Shown: one piece after another, positions 1 through 12,928 of the stretch
How the letters are laid out: every line of letters begins with the position of its first letter
Position numbering within the stretch: position 1 is the first letter of the stretch
Assembly (NCBI GenBank): GCA_013239625.1
Contig: MU053792.1
Span: 346,941 to 410,940, forward strand
From: Lama guanicoe
Lineage: Eukaryota
Direction: 5' to 3'
DNA: 64,000 bases
Notes under the pieces: generated by a model
The model's database searches: none
Told to the model about the DNA's origin: nothing
Seen by the model: only the letters and a program-made list of their open reading frames with translations
Position numbers and translations under genes: made by a program

Positions 1-1953
1 ACTAATGCTATTCATCAAATCACAAGAGAAGAAAGGGGAAAAAGGACCTACAAAAAACCCAAAACAATTTACAAAATGGAAATAAGATTGTACATATAAA
101 TAATTACCTTAAATGTAAATAGACTTAATTTGCCAACCAAAAGATGCAGATTGGCTGGATGAATACAAAACAAAGACCTGTATCCATGCAGTCTACAAGA
201 GACTCACTTCAGAGCTAGCGACGCATACAGGTTGAAAGTGAGGGGATGGAAAAACATATTCCATGCAAATAGAAATCATGAGGAAACCAGAGTCACAATA
301 CTTATATCAGACAAAATAGGCTTTAAAATAAAGACCATTGTAAAAGAAAAAGAAGGACATTATATAATCATCAAGGGATCAATCCAAGAAGATACAACAA
401 TTATAAATCAATATGCCCCCGACATAGGAGCACCTCAATTTATAAGGGAAATATTAATAGACATAAAAGGAGAGATTGACTGTAACACAATAATAGTAGG
501 GGATTTTAACACCCTACTTACAGCAGTGGACAGAGAATTGATAAAGAAATGGAGACCTTAAATGGCACATCATACCAAATGTAATTAATTGATATTCATA
601 GAGCATTCTATCCAAAAGCAGCAGAAAATACATTCTTTTCAAATGCACACGGAACAGTCTCCAGGACAGATCACATGCTAGGCCATAAAACATGCTTAAA
701 AAGAAGGAACAAAGAAAATTGGAATCATATCAAGCTACTTTTCCGACCACAAATCTGTGAGACTAGAAATCAATCACAAGAAAAATCTGCAAAAATCACA
801 AACACATAAGGCTCAACAATACGCTACTAAAAAAATAATGGATCACAGAAAAAATCGAAGTGGAAATCAAGAAATACCTAGACACAAATGAAAACAAAAA
901 CGCAATGATCCAAAACCTACGGGACACAGCAACAGCAGCTTTAAAAGGGAAGTTATAGCCATAAAAGCTTACCTCAGGAAACAAGAAAAGTCCCATATAA
1001 ACAAAATAACCTTACACCTAAAGCAGTTAGAGAAAGAGGAAAAAACAAAACCCCATGTTAGTAGAAAGAAAGAGATCGCAAAGACTAGAGCAGAAATAAA
1101 GACAAAAAACAATAGAAAAGGTTGATGAAACTAAAAGCCAGTTCTTTGAAAAGATAAACAAAATTGATAAACTTTTATTGACATTTATCAAGACAAAAAG
1201 AAAGGATCCAAAAAACTAAAACCATAAATGAGAAAGAAGTTACAACTGAAGTCACAGAAATACAAAGGATTATAAGAGATTACTATGAGCAACCATATAC
1301 CAAAATGGACAACCTAGAAAAAAATGGACAAATTCTCATAAAGGTACAATCACCCAAGACTGAACCAGAAAGACATAGAAAATATAAACAGACTAATCAC
1401 CAGTACTGAAATTGAATCAGTAATTAAAATTCCCAACAAACAGAAGTCCAGGACCAGATGACTTCACAAGTGAATTCTACAGAACATTTAGAAAAGGGAT
1501 AACACCCACCTTTCTGAAAACTATTCCAAAATATTGAAGAGAGAGGAACACTTTCGAACTCATTCTATAAGACCACCATCACCCTGATAGCAAAGCCAGA
1601 CAGATACCACAAGGAAAATTAGAGGCCGATGTCACTGATAAACATAAATACAGAAATCCTAAACAAAATACTAGCAGACCACATTCAACAACTTATTTTA
1701 AAAAATCATACATCATAATCAAGTAAGATTTATCCAGAGGGAAGCAAGAATTTTTCAGTATCCACAAATCAACCAATGTGATATACTCCATTTAATACTT
1801 GAAAAATAAAAACCATGTGACCATCTCACTAGATGCAAGAAAAGCTTTGGATAAAATTCAACATCTATTTATAATAAAAACTCTCCATAAATGGGCATAG
1901 AGGAAACATACTTCAACATAAGAAAGACCATATATGACAAATCCACAGCGAAC
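1..1953 (+). mobile_element. LINE-1 fragment: inter-ORF spacer and ORF2 endonuclease through start of RT, degraded
   Basis: ORF 232..561 (KVRGWKNIFHAN...EGHYIIIKGSIQE...IIVGDFNT) is L1 APE endonuclease; downstream sequence follows ORF2 with stops and frameshifts and ends abruptly at 'tatgacaaatccacagcgaac'. Confidence 0.97.
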
Positions 1954-2651
1954 GCCTCCTTCTTTTCACATGCTGTTCCTTCCCTCTGCCTTGCAGGAGT
2001 AGCTTTTTCTCGGGCTCTTCCTCCTCATGGTCTGCCCCTAGTGCCCCACTCCATAAAAATGTAATGACATTTATGTAGCACCTATAACCCCTGGCACATG
2101 ATAACTACTCCTTAAGTATTAACCTTCTTCCTCCGTTCCAGCCAATTCTAAGAGGGGCTTCCGCTTCATGAGTTTCGATGATAACTTTGTCATCATTTGA
2201 TTTTCAGCTCCCAGTTGTTTTATTTGTTTCTGCTTTGCATAGTGGTCAGAGCCATTATTCCTGCTTCTACGATTTAAGTTTTATGTCGAAGCTAGGCAGA
2301 AATTACTTCCTAACTAGGAAATAAAGGATCATTTTTTCGTGCTTTGTGATTACTTTTCTCCCACATTTCTGGGCAAGGAGATGATATAATTGCACTTAAT
2401 AAGCAAAAGCTCATGTTTAGATCTCTATTATGAAAATAGAAAAATCTTTAAAACATTAAAAATGTAACCCCTTTCTGTCCTATGCATTTATAACTCCATT
2501 TAGAAAAAGGTAGAGGTGAATTTGTGTCACAGAAATAATCAGATTGTTCTCATTTCCAAGGGGTATAATTGGCTTTGATTTTCCTGGTGCACAGAGATAC
2601 ATCATGCTATGGATATGATTGCAACATAAATGAACCTTTGCTACTGCCCAG

Positions 2652-2999
2652 CCAATTAACGTAGCCTGCAATGCCGTGCCTAGCAACTTGCATGTCCTTT
2701 TATTCAGAATTTAAGAGCATCTCCAAATATTTGTAATATCCAGGTGAAAAGCAAAGGTAGCTTTCTCAATAATCAGTACAATGCAAGTGGTTTCTTCTCT
2801 CTGCTCCTGACCTCCAGGTAACAAATATGTGCTTTTTTAGAACTGTGCATGAAACAGATTAAATAGAAAACGAAAGCGAGTGTAACATACAGTCAGGAGA
2901 CTTCTGACTGTGATCAGGGACTAATGTCATAATGGAGTCTAGAGAAGGAAGACAAAACAGAACAAACTGTGCACAGAAAGTTTCTGTTTTCATGGTAAC
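2652..2999. promoter_or_regulatory. Candidate promoter elements: CCAAT box and two RFX X-box-like motifs
   Basis: CCAAT 2652-2656; GTGCCTAGCAAC 2676-2687; GTTTTCATGGTAAC 2986-2999, close to the RFX consensus GTTNCCATGGNAAC. Motif match only. Confidence 0.35.
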
Positions 3000-3869
3000 A
3001 TTTGAATTAGGCCAGAGTCTACTGTGTCCTTCCTATGATGGAGTTTACTAGAATTACATGGGTAGTTTTACTTTCCAAATGCGACTGTCTCCCTCCACCC
3101 TGAAAATTCGGATCCGTTGGTGCAGGTGGGGATAGTGCATTCACACACTGACGAGGTCCCCTGGGAGATTTTGACAAGCTCTCTCTCCCTGTGACTCCTC
3201 TCCCAGACTTGACCTTCAAATCTCTGTCCTGAAAAAATATTAGCGCTCTCTTTCTACTTCAACATGGAGTTAAGTACTCCCTGGAGTGACACTTCCTTAC
3301 AGACTGTTAACTAATTTTAAGAGCAAGCATTTACTGATATTTATTTACTTGCCAGGGACTTGTTAAGCATACATTTTCAGAGGTGAACAAATCTGCATTC
3401 TGCCCCTCCGTAGAGTTTCAAAATTAGTGGGCTCTTAACACATAACTTTTCTATGTAATATTTATTTCTGATAGAACTTTCTAAAAGAGATAAGAGCCAT
3501 CTTATTTTTTTTTACAAAAATGATAATAAAATCTGTTACACAAAAATTTCCTGAGTATCTTAGAATGTTATATATCTAACCGAGCCAGCTAATGTAAAAA
3601 TAAAAATTATAAATACAGTAAAACATCCTCCTGCCAGTCCCTTTCTGTTTCTCGAGTCCATTTATTCCACACAAGTCACCTCACCCCTTAATTTTAAGGC
3701 GTTTCTATTGAGTCATGAAATTATAACATATCTTTTTCTGAGCATTGCCCCCTCTTCCAGTTCTTGGATATTTTGTGGCATTGAAAAGTTATTAGCAGCT
3801 TTATTTTTAGGTGTGAAATGGTGTTTCAGTTAAATTATTTAGAAGAGTCCTTAGCTTTTAAATATAAAC

Positions 3870-4075
3870 ATTAAATATGTATGAGGGAAATAACATGGTA
3901 TCTAGGACTTGCTTCAAAATAAATAATTGGGCAGGGAAACAAGTAGATACAGATTACAAAAGAAATAAGATTAACTATGAGTTGATAAATCTTGAAACTG
4001 AGTGACAAGTAAATGAGGTCTCATTATACTGTTCGATTTATGTCTATGCTTGAAATTTCCCATAACAAAAAGTTT
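3870..4075 (+). mobile_element. Old L1M 3' end remnant
   Basis: 'gacttgcttcaaaata...gagttgataa...gaaactgagtga...cattatact...tgaaatttcccataacaaaaagtt' is typical of ancient L1M 3' termini. Confidence 0.7.
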
Positions 4076-4125
4076 ATACAAATACCGTAGTTTTCATTCC
4101 TTCATTTAAATTGTATCAATAGGCC

Positions 4126-4445
4126 TGATGGTATTTGTGTGTGTTAACGTGGCTAGGATATACTACCCAGCATTCAATTCAATACTTACCTAGGTTTTGC
4201 TGTGAAGGCATATTATTGACTTCAAGGAAAGGAGATGACCTTTGATAATGTAGGTAGGTTTCATCTAATTAGTTGAAATGCCCTAAGAGTAAAAACAGGT
4301 TGCCTGGAGAAGAAGAAATTGTGCCTGAAGACCATGACATCAATTCTGGCCTGAGTTTTCAGTCGGCCAGGCTGCCATGCAAATCTCTGATTTGCAAGTC
4401 CTCATGAGTAGATAAGCTAGTTTCTTAAACTAAACCTAACATTCA
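4126..4445 (+). mobile_element. MLT2-type (ERVL) LTR
   Basis: 'tgtgttaacgtggctagg...ttgctgtgaagg...gataatgtaggtagg...catctaattagttgaa...gaagaagaaattgtgcctgaagac' follows the MLT2 layout. Confidence 0.75.
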
Positions 4446-5545
4446 CGCATACACCTGTGTATATGTTCAAAGAATGAATTTCTAATGGTGGGAACTTGAG
4501 ATCAATAGCAGATTTTCACATAGGGTACATGGTAGAGTTGAGCTCCGCGTGTCACTTGCCAAAGACTTACCATGTCTATGCCATATGAGAAAGCTTATTC
4601 TGATCTTATTAAAGTATAAGTTTAAGATATGAGAAAGCCTATTCAATGTTAAGCCATTAGAACACCCCTAATTTTTATATAAAATAACTCTCTTGTGATC
4701 TAGATGTAATGTACCTTGATAGTTGAAAAAGCTGATTGTGTCTCTCTTGGTATTTTCAAAACTCATCCGATACAAAAATTACAAAGTCAAATAAGACTGT
4801 TCCATTGCCAGACAATTTTAGCATACTGGAGAACTTAAGGCTTGAGGACTAGCAATGGTAATATAAGATATCATCTACAGATAAATGCACTGATACTTAT
4901 AGAGGATAAATGTTTGCCTGAAATACACAGAATAAATATTACATCACTGCCACATTTCTTAAATGTTGTACACATTAAAAACATTTCGGAGAGTGTCTTC
5001 AAAATATGCAGTATTGGTTCACCCTAACCAAACTAACCAACCAGAGAGGAATCCATGTTGGTGTGTTTTGAAGAAGTTTCCCAGCCCATCTTTTGGATAC
5101 CCTGGTTAAGAGCTACTATATCACCAGCCAAAATCCCAGACCATTGGCCAGTGCTGTTTTCTGCTGTCTATTTCCATTTCTAGGTTTAAGTCCTTGGAGA
5201 AGCATTTATAGTCAGTAGACCTGATGGCTCAGAGGAGGGATTTCTCATTGGTCATTATAGAGTCCAAGCGTCTGCCTCTGGGCATTCAATAAAGATGATG
5301 CATGTAAGATCAATAAGTTATTTACCTAAGGGGCAGAGTTATGCTATATTTGTTCTTATATTATGTGATTATCCTTCATTTCATGGAAAACAGTATATTT
5401 TCATCATGTACATTCATCATATGAGCTGGTATGTATGTTAAATAGTTCAGGGATATTTCAAATGGACATGTAAGGACAAAGTCCAACAGAAATAGCTACA
5501 CAGGTGTGTGGACACTAATGCCTCACCTGTTTGGCTAAGAATGAG

Positions 5546-5559
5546 GTTTCCATGGTGAC
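5546..5559. promoter_or_regulatory. RFX X-box motif
   Basis: GTTTCCATGGTGAC, a near-consensus palindromic RFX site in non-repeat sequence, flanked by splice donors on both strands. Confidence 0.4.
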
Positions 5560-6839
5560 TCCAGAGAGGAGTTTAAAAGTCCCTTCTTTTTCACTGCTCT
5601 CTCTTTCTCACTCTTCCAACATGTGACTTCTGTCTTAAATAATAACAGACAACAAGATTGAGAAGGTACAGACTGTTTAATGAAATCAATTTTGGCACAA
5701 AGGCCTTTATTCTTCCAGTCTTTTTTCAGCAGCTGTAAGTGCCACACACTCACTTTCTGCATCTCTCTGGAGAGCACTGAAGAATATTCTTTCCATCTTT
5801 GGTCTGTTTCTTGTTACTGGAAATTATCTGCAAGAATGCTTCAGCAGAAGTTCTTTTTCACTTGTGCTATTATGATACCAAGAAATAAAATCTTTTCAGC
5901 TCCTTCGTTAAAATAAGCATTCACTTTGGGTACTTAAGCAGCATTTAATGATGCAAAACCGTTGGGGGGTTTAAACAATCAAAGAGAATCCCAGAGAGCC
6001 AGTCTCTCTGCCCTATTTAAGGTGGAAGGCACTACCATGGGTAAGTAGGGCCAAAAGAACACAGTCATTGAGATAGTAAGTGGTTCATTGACGAGAAGAT
6101 TTCTCCCCTCATTCACAGTTTAAAGGTATGTGTCTTTTAAGGATGGAGTCAGTTAATCTGATTGAATTATGCTGCAGAGGAGCAAGCCATCCTTGCATTT
6201 ATATCACACTGGTGGTTGCCAAGTCAGGATGACGGAAGCCTGAGGTTGCTCTGTGAACTCCTGCCAGGTACGTCCTCTTCGGGTGGGAGATCTCCCATTT
6301 TTATTTGTCACTTCTCTTCTTTCATCTGAAAACACCTGTATCCTCAAGAACAACAAACACGATGGTCTTACCAGGATGGTCAGGACGCTCTCCTTATTTG
6401 GGGATCAGAACTGTGAAAGTCACATGGCTCCTAAAATCTCAGTTGAACTATAGTCTTATCAGATGCAGGGAGGCCCTAAGTTTACTGTGGGAATAAAGTT
6501 GGCACTGCGTGCTTAACTTTAGTCAAGCTGTAAGTCAGAAAACAGTAAGTTGTTCATCTTACTAATCAGTGACTCATCAGGCTTTGTCCTGCTGATCCAG
6601 CAGTACGCTCAGAACCGCTGAAGTTTAGAAGAATGGATCAGACACAGTGCCTCCCCTCAAGAGCTTAAACACATTTAAGACATATAAGGTAACTCAATAG
6701 TAAAGGCCCACTGATACTTAAAATCAGTTTTTTGAGAAATCACAAGACAGAGAAAATCTGGAGACAGGTAGAGGACAAGAGGAGAGAAAGAGCACATCGT
6801 GATGTTGTATTAACACCTGCCATTTGCATGTATCAGTGT

Positions 6840-6960
6840 TACTTAATTTCCCATAATAATAATAGAAATACCTTTCCACATTTTACAAGAAGGGAAACCA
6901 AAGCTCAAAAATGTTAAGTAACTAAGGTCATTCAAGGAATTGAAATCCAGGTTTCTGATT
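6840..6960 (-). mobile_element. MIR SINE remnant
   Basis: Core-like 'cacattttacaagaagggaaaccaaagctcaaaaatgttaagtaact...aaggtca...ggaattgaaatccagg'. Confidence 0.65.
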
Positions 6961-7194
6961 ATTTTTATTACACGAGATGTTTCAGACTTTATGAAGAAAT
7001 CAGAACTTGAGAAGGAAGAAGATGTGAACCAGCAGACAGCAATCATGAGGATAATTCTAGCCAGTGAAAAAGGATGAGCAAAGAATTGCACATGTAAAAA
7101 GGCCAGTGCTGTTCTAAGGGAATAATGAATAAACCACCGTCACTGAAACAGTGGTCTCTGTCTAATTCTGGCCGCAAAGTAAAAACATTCACTG

Positions 7195-7425
7195 TTATTT
7201 GCATAGAGTTTTAATATTTACACAAGAATTTCACAAATAGTATCTTGTTTGAGGCTCATGAAAACCCTGTGAGTTAAATAGGAAAGATAATTTCATTTCC
7301 TCTGTTACATACATGAGTGAAACCTGAGGCGGAGAGTGAACCATGGACCTTAGATCTTAAAGTTAGTAATGGGCCAGGACAAAAATTGAATCTAAGGAAG
7401 TCCTTTGGCTCTGAAGTCTACACAT
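7195..7425 (-). mobile_element. MIR SINE remnant
   Basis: 'ctcatgaaaaccctgtgag...gtgaaacctgaggcggagag...gttagtaatggg...ttgaatctaagg'. Confidence 0.65.
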
Positions 7426-10400
7426 TTTTCAAGTTACTTTTTGAAATTTGCCTGTATTTTCAGAATTCAAACAGAGATGTGAACCTCAGTCAAGGAAATC
7501 ACAGAGATAATTCGGTCTTTGAGTAAGTGGTTGAGCCATTTGATGTTGGGGCCACTCCAAGATTTTGTGATTCTGCTGCTGTTACGTACACTTCACTGTT
7601 ACCAAAATCAGTTTCTCACTATCTCAGGAAGATGGCTCACGCTTTCAAAACCACTCAAAAACTTAGCTTGTAATTTTTTTCTTTTCTTGTGTATCTTCTA
7701 CACCAAGTACCATGCCTACCACCTAAAAGCAGTATTGTAAATACTAATGATGTTGGTATCTAACCAAAGACATTGGATGTAATTACTATCATTACTACCA
7801 CTTTGTGTTTGAAGTTTACAGATATCAATGCCTTTCTCTGACCTGGACCTGGTGATTGGTAGACCTTTTAGGATGCAGCCTTGAATGAAAATCTAACTGA
7901 CTCCAAACCTCAGCTTTGTTTCTCAATGGAATTGGTATAAAAATACATGAGCCAATGCTAGATGATGGACTCATGCATGAGACCTTGAAGACTAAATTTA
8001 TCCTACAGCCAGCTCGAGAAATCACCAAATGTCTCTTCAGTCTGCAGTTGACTGTTGCTACCATCAGTTTTTGCTGTCAGATCGAGCTCTTGAATTCATG
8101 TGTCTATAGCGAGAGAGATGCTACTTAGCCACTCCAGTGGTCTACTGTTGCTGGTCCAAGTCCCAGACCCTATTTCTGCAAGGCAAAATAAATCTACTGC
8201 CTCAGATGGAGTCAAGTTAGCCCTTTTTTTCTGGAATAATGGGTTAGTAGAACTCAGTGCTTAGCTCTGTTAAACCCAATCAGAGCCACCCACACATACC
8301 AGCTGTCTGAGGAGTGGTTCTGGCATCTGCCATTTACAAACCTAAAGTCTTTCTATGTTTTCTTTTCAGGGACCAATAACACCATGATTTATTCTGGGCT
8401 TTTTTCCCTTTTATTGTTCAGAGTTTTAAAAAATCTTACTTATATCCATCTTCTCTGTGAATGGTGGTAGGGTGGTAGCCAATCACCCATGCCTCAGCTA
8501 TGCTGGTTTTATTAAACCTCTGCATTTCTCTCTGTTCCATCCCCTCCCTAATTCCTTCTTGGAGAGTTACCTTTGGTGGCTTAAGGGTAATGTCAGGGAA
8601 TTAAACTCTGGCTTAGCAACCTGCTCATTGGGCTTCAGTGTGGGGAAAAAACAAAATGATGGGGTAGGGATTGAGGGATGAAGCAAATAGACAGTCTTTT
8701 CTGGGGCATATACCTCAGTTCTCCCACAAAGATGTTTCTTACACTCTCTCCGTTAGTTTATTTCCAGGAAGCTGGGGAAATGGGCAGTCTTCCAGGCAGG
8801 TGTACTAGAATTTTTGTCCAAGATTGGATTCTCCAGAAAATTAACTCCTATGTATTTAAATAGAGTATTGCTACATAGGTATCACCTTCCCAGCAATATT
8901 CAAATGTGATGCAAATAGGCCAGCATTTTGAATGAATTTCAGACCATTTCTTCATGGAGATTCTTTGAAACTTGTACACCACATGAGCACATTAAAAAGA
9001 AACATGTTGAAAGACATATTGTAAGCTTTTCAAAAGTAGAGACCAAGTCATATTCATCACTGTATCAACAATGCATGACCCAGGTCCTAGTACATAGCTT
9101 ACCTATAACGAATGATTGTCAAATAAACATTGTTTAACACATAGATATTCAATACAAAGGAAGAGAGATATTTATTTTATTCTGAACTATATACTTAGTT
9201 CTGGAGCATTTTAAAGGACACATTGATCCAGTTCTAAATGCAACCTCATTGTTTGCAATGCAAATTTATACCTTCACGTCTAAGCACACATTATCTGAAA
9301 TATAAACAAATTTACACAAAGGGTCTCTATTTTTAAATAGATGCTCAAGTTCAAGAATCTCTAAAATATGCCAGTTAACAGAAAAGTTTAAATTGCAAAG
9401 CAACTTGGATTAATTTGAAATTCAGCTATAATTAAGTATATGAGATTTGGGTTATGAATATTGGTTACATCAAATGACCTCTATATGGGCCCAAATAATT
9501 ATATTATTTATAGGACCTTAGTCCTTCTGAGATTTATAGACTTTTCAGGCAACACTGATATAGCAGAGAAAAATATTCTTTGTAAAGTAATATTAAAAAT
9601 ACCATCTGGTTATTACATATTAAAATACACTTTGATAGCCCAAGTAATAATTGCAGGGTGATCTTGAGAAGATATGATTTCTGTATCTCAGATTTGTATC
9701 CTGTGAAACAAAGATAGAGTGTAACCATAGGGTATTTCTAAGTGTACATCCTGTTACATGCTTAGGTACATGACTGACACAAAGTAAATTATTATTATTA
9801 TTTTATATACAAAAATATTATTTTATATATAAAATATTCTGCTTTTATATTCAGGATTTCCAGATTTCAAATAACATTAATTTCTGGAACTCTGTATTGG
9901 TCCATTATAGTAATAAATTTTCTACTACTTTTCTTTTCCCCTACCTCTCCAATATTCAAGAAGAATTTCATTAACCACTAGTCAAGGTTATTACATTTAT
10001 TTGCAGGAGGCATATGCCAATGCTTCTACCTCCAGAGGAAAAGGAAAGAAACTGAAGATGGTGAGAAGAGTCACCTGGTGCTACTTGGAACAAAATGTTA
10101 AGAATTAACACAACTTTGCAGGCTGATTGAGGTTTCTAAGCCCACTAAATTTCAGAATTACTTGCAAAAATAATCTGGTTTATTTCCAATTCTTTTAAAA
10201 TATGTAAATTTTTAAGTCCTTCTGTGCTTTCTTGTATCACAATGTTATCCAATTGCCCTCAAATAGTCCTTCTATAGTGTTTGCTATAGAGGACAAACCA
10301 ATGTGGAAATAATCTATGGGGAGACAGCTTTTTGGCAAACATTCTTTCTCTTGACCTTGAGCAAATTTTTTCTCCAAGTATAACCCTGAAGATCGTCATC

Positions 10401-11059
10401 TTCCAGTCATTAGGAAAGATTAAAGAGGTAATGTCTTACAAATTCCTTGAGTGACATAAACAATGCTCCATAAAAAGTAAACCACTACTGAATATTCTTT
10501 AGCACTTAAATATTCTACTCCCCTCCTTATCTGAATGTGTGGCGTGAGGGTGAGAAGAAAATAGAAATATTGAGGGAAGAGAAGTGATAACAGTGGTGAG
10601 AATTCAGTGTTTTCCCATTTAGCTTGGACAGCAATGTTCTGTAGCAAGCACAGAAATAAATAGCAGATATCACAAGAAATAATGGAGGGCGTTTGCTTTG
10701 GAAAACCCTGCAATTTATTTTGAGAAATGAAGAAAGAAATGGTGGTGTAGCATACAAAATCCTAACTTATTTCCTGATAGGGTAAGTAAAGGAAATACTA
10801 ATTGTGAACATTTTCACAGTATGTCAAACCACCAAATCTTTTAAAATGCCATCCCACGAAGTATGACCCAGTAGCAAGCATGAATATGATGTTGGTACAT
10901 CTGCTAATAAAATAAATTCATATAAATCACGATAGTCTAAAGGGAGAATTATAAATGGCAAAACTTACTGGGAAAAAAAAACCGTATACTGAATATAAGA
11001 ATTTCCAAATGATTGCCTTCAAATTACTAGTCTTAACTGAAAACATTCGTACTCTATGT

Positions 11060-11145
11060 TCTTCTTTCCTTCCTTCCTTCCTTCCTTCCTTCCTTCCTTC
11101 CTTCCTTTCCTTCCTTCTTTTGTTCATTCTTCCTTTCTTTCATTC
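11060..11145. repeat. (TTCC)n microsatellite
   Basis: Direct tandem ttcc units. Confidence 0.95.
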
Positions 11146-11332
11146 TTTTGTTGTTGCTGTAAAACCAATGTGCCATTTTAAGCCACAATGGCTTCCTTTT
11201 GAACCACAGCAAATGTTGTCGTGCACGTACGGATATTGTGATACTGTATATGTGTTATCTGCTATATCGCAATTTAATTACACAATTTAGCAACTCTTTT
11301 CATTCTTTGGCTTCTTACTCTTATTTTAAGTA

Positions 11333-11824
11333 TATGAATGAAAAATACTGCAAGCCATAACAGTAAACAAAGGATGCTGAAGCCATCAGGTCATCAGCCA
11401 CTGCCACCACCCCCAACAGTGAGCTCAGGGCACAGACAAGCAGGCAGCCTGGCCTCTGCAGCCACCCCCAGTGGTGCCCCCTGAGGGGACCCAGAATGTG
11501 AAAGGATAGGATACTGGCCCTAGATAGCTAGGTGATTGTCAAAGGGATGATTTCAATGAGCCCAAACGTTTGCTCCTTCCCATCCACAGAAAAGCATAAA
11601 TTCGTTAACTTGAGATGTCTGGTTTTCTTTAATAGTAATCTTTAATGTTCTGACTTCCTGGGGAGTTTGGTGTACAGCTCCTATATATCCTGGCTCCTCC
11701 CCGACCTCTTCAGAGCAGCCCCTCAGAGCCATCTGGGAGGCTGTCATCCTGGGCTCAAAGGGGTTTAAGTCCTCAGAAATGTCCAACTCTCAGCTTTTAG
11801 GTTGTGCATTTATTTCAGTCAACA
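11333..11824 (+). mobile_element. Solo ERV1-class LTR with 4-bp TSD (agta)
   Basis: Ends 'ttcagtcaaca'; agta at 11329-11332 and 11825-11828; shares motifs with the LTRs at 25374 and 54038. Confidence 0.85.
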
Positions 11825-12020
11825 AGTATTATTTTATATAAATATAATATATAGAAATGTACTGATGTGGATTGACAGAGAAAGAAGACATTAGACTTTA
11901 ATTTACCAATAATTTTTTCTCATATAAAATACTATATATATATACACAATAATTTATGACTTAGTAAATACTTATTAGAAAAGGCTATTCTTAGTATTTA
12001 TTACCAGATACCCCTAGGAA

Positions 12021-12581
12021 CTATTACCAGAGAGTGGGTTCTTATCTCCTTACAGAAAGAACTGAGATGAGACGTGGAGATCAAAAACATAAAATGAGAC
12101 TTTATTAAGTAATAGGATGCTCTCAATGGGGGAACAGGCAGCCTCAGGTGAGTGCTGCTCTGAGTTTCTTTGGCAAGCTAGTTACATAAGGCGTAAATAA
12201 TAAATCATTGCAGGGAGGAGTTGCAGTCATATTCCCTGATTTTCATCCTATCTCCACCTTCCTGAGGGGAGGAGGGGTTTTTGTCCTTATTTAGTCTTGA
12301 TCAGAAGTGTCATGGCCTCAGTATGTTAATAGGTACTTCTTATCTGCAAGGCTAATTTTATTGTAATGAGGGCATAGTTAGCAAAAGGTTACATTCCTGC
12401 CTTTTCCCACTTTTCTTTGTCTGCCTCCAGGACAGGACACTTGTCACCCCAAAGTGTGTGAGTTCCTATCAGTCCAGAGGTTCCAGCTTTTCTCTGTCTG
12501 CCAAAGGACCGCCATTGTTCACAAGGATTAAGGCTTCTTGCCATTTCTCTGCTCATAGCTAGCTATCTGCCTGGTCCAACA
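12021..12581 (-). mobile_element. Solo ERV1-class LTR
   Basis: t(a)ttaccag...ccaaca termini, reverse-strand AATAAA ('actttatt' near 12100), LTR-like composition; no TSD identified. Confidence 0.65.
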
Positions 12582-12928
12582 TACCCATACAGTGAGTGGA
12601 GTGACTTCGAATTCAAAGTGACTCTTTCCAAATCAGCAGTTTTAGAGTGAATAAGTCAACTGCAATTGGTGACAATGGGAAACCCGGGATTCACAGACGT
12701 ACAACCGTAATCCACCCTTCAACAGGTTTACAGAGGCAAAATGCCAAGTCACGCTCTTACTTCCAGAGAAACCTCTTCACACGTTATAGTGTAACTTTGT
12801 AGTTCCATTTCTCTTTCAGGACTTCAACGATACTCATTTAACATAATTTTACCTGAAAATAAATAGTATCTATATATAAATTTGGAAGTGAAGGAGTTTT
12901 ATACATGTGTGTGATTTGCCTTAAGTCT

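Larger units (their letters stand above)
5649..10427 (+). other. Cluster of candidate short exons (unidentified gene or pseudogene)
   Basis: AG/GT-bounded segments 5649-5665, 5719-5734, 6022-6040 (ends accATGG|gtaagt), 6119-6125, 6523-6529, 9864-9909, 10007-10060 and 10379-10427. Splice motifs only, no transcript evidence. Confidence 0.3.

Noticed and set aside
7825..8870. Several 60-80 aa ORFs in a moderately GC-rich stretch
   Set aside because: No identifiable homology; may be an ancient ERV remnant but I cannot support a call
10927..11290. ORFs with KEGR/SFLP repeats
   Set aside because: Translation of the (TTCC)n microsatellite
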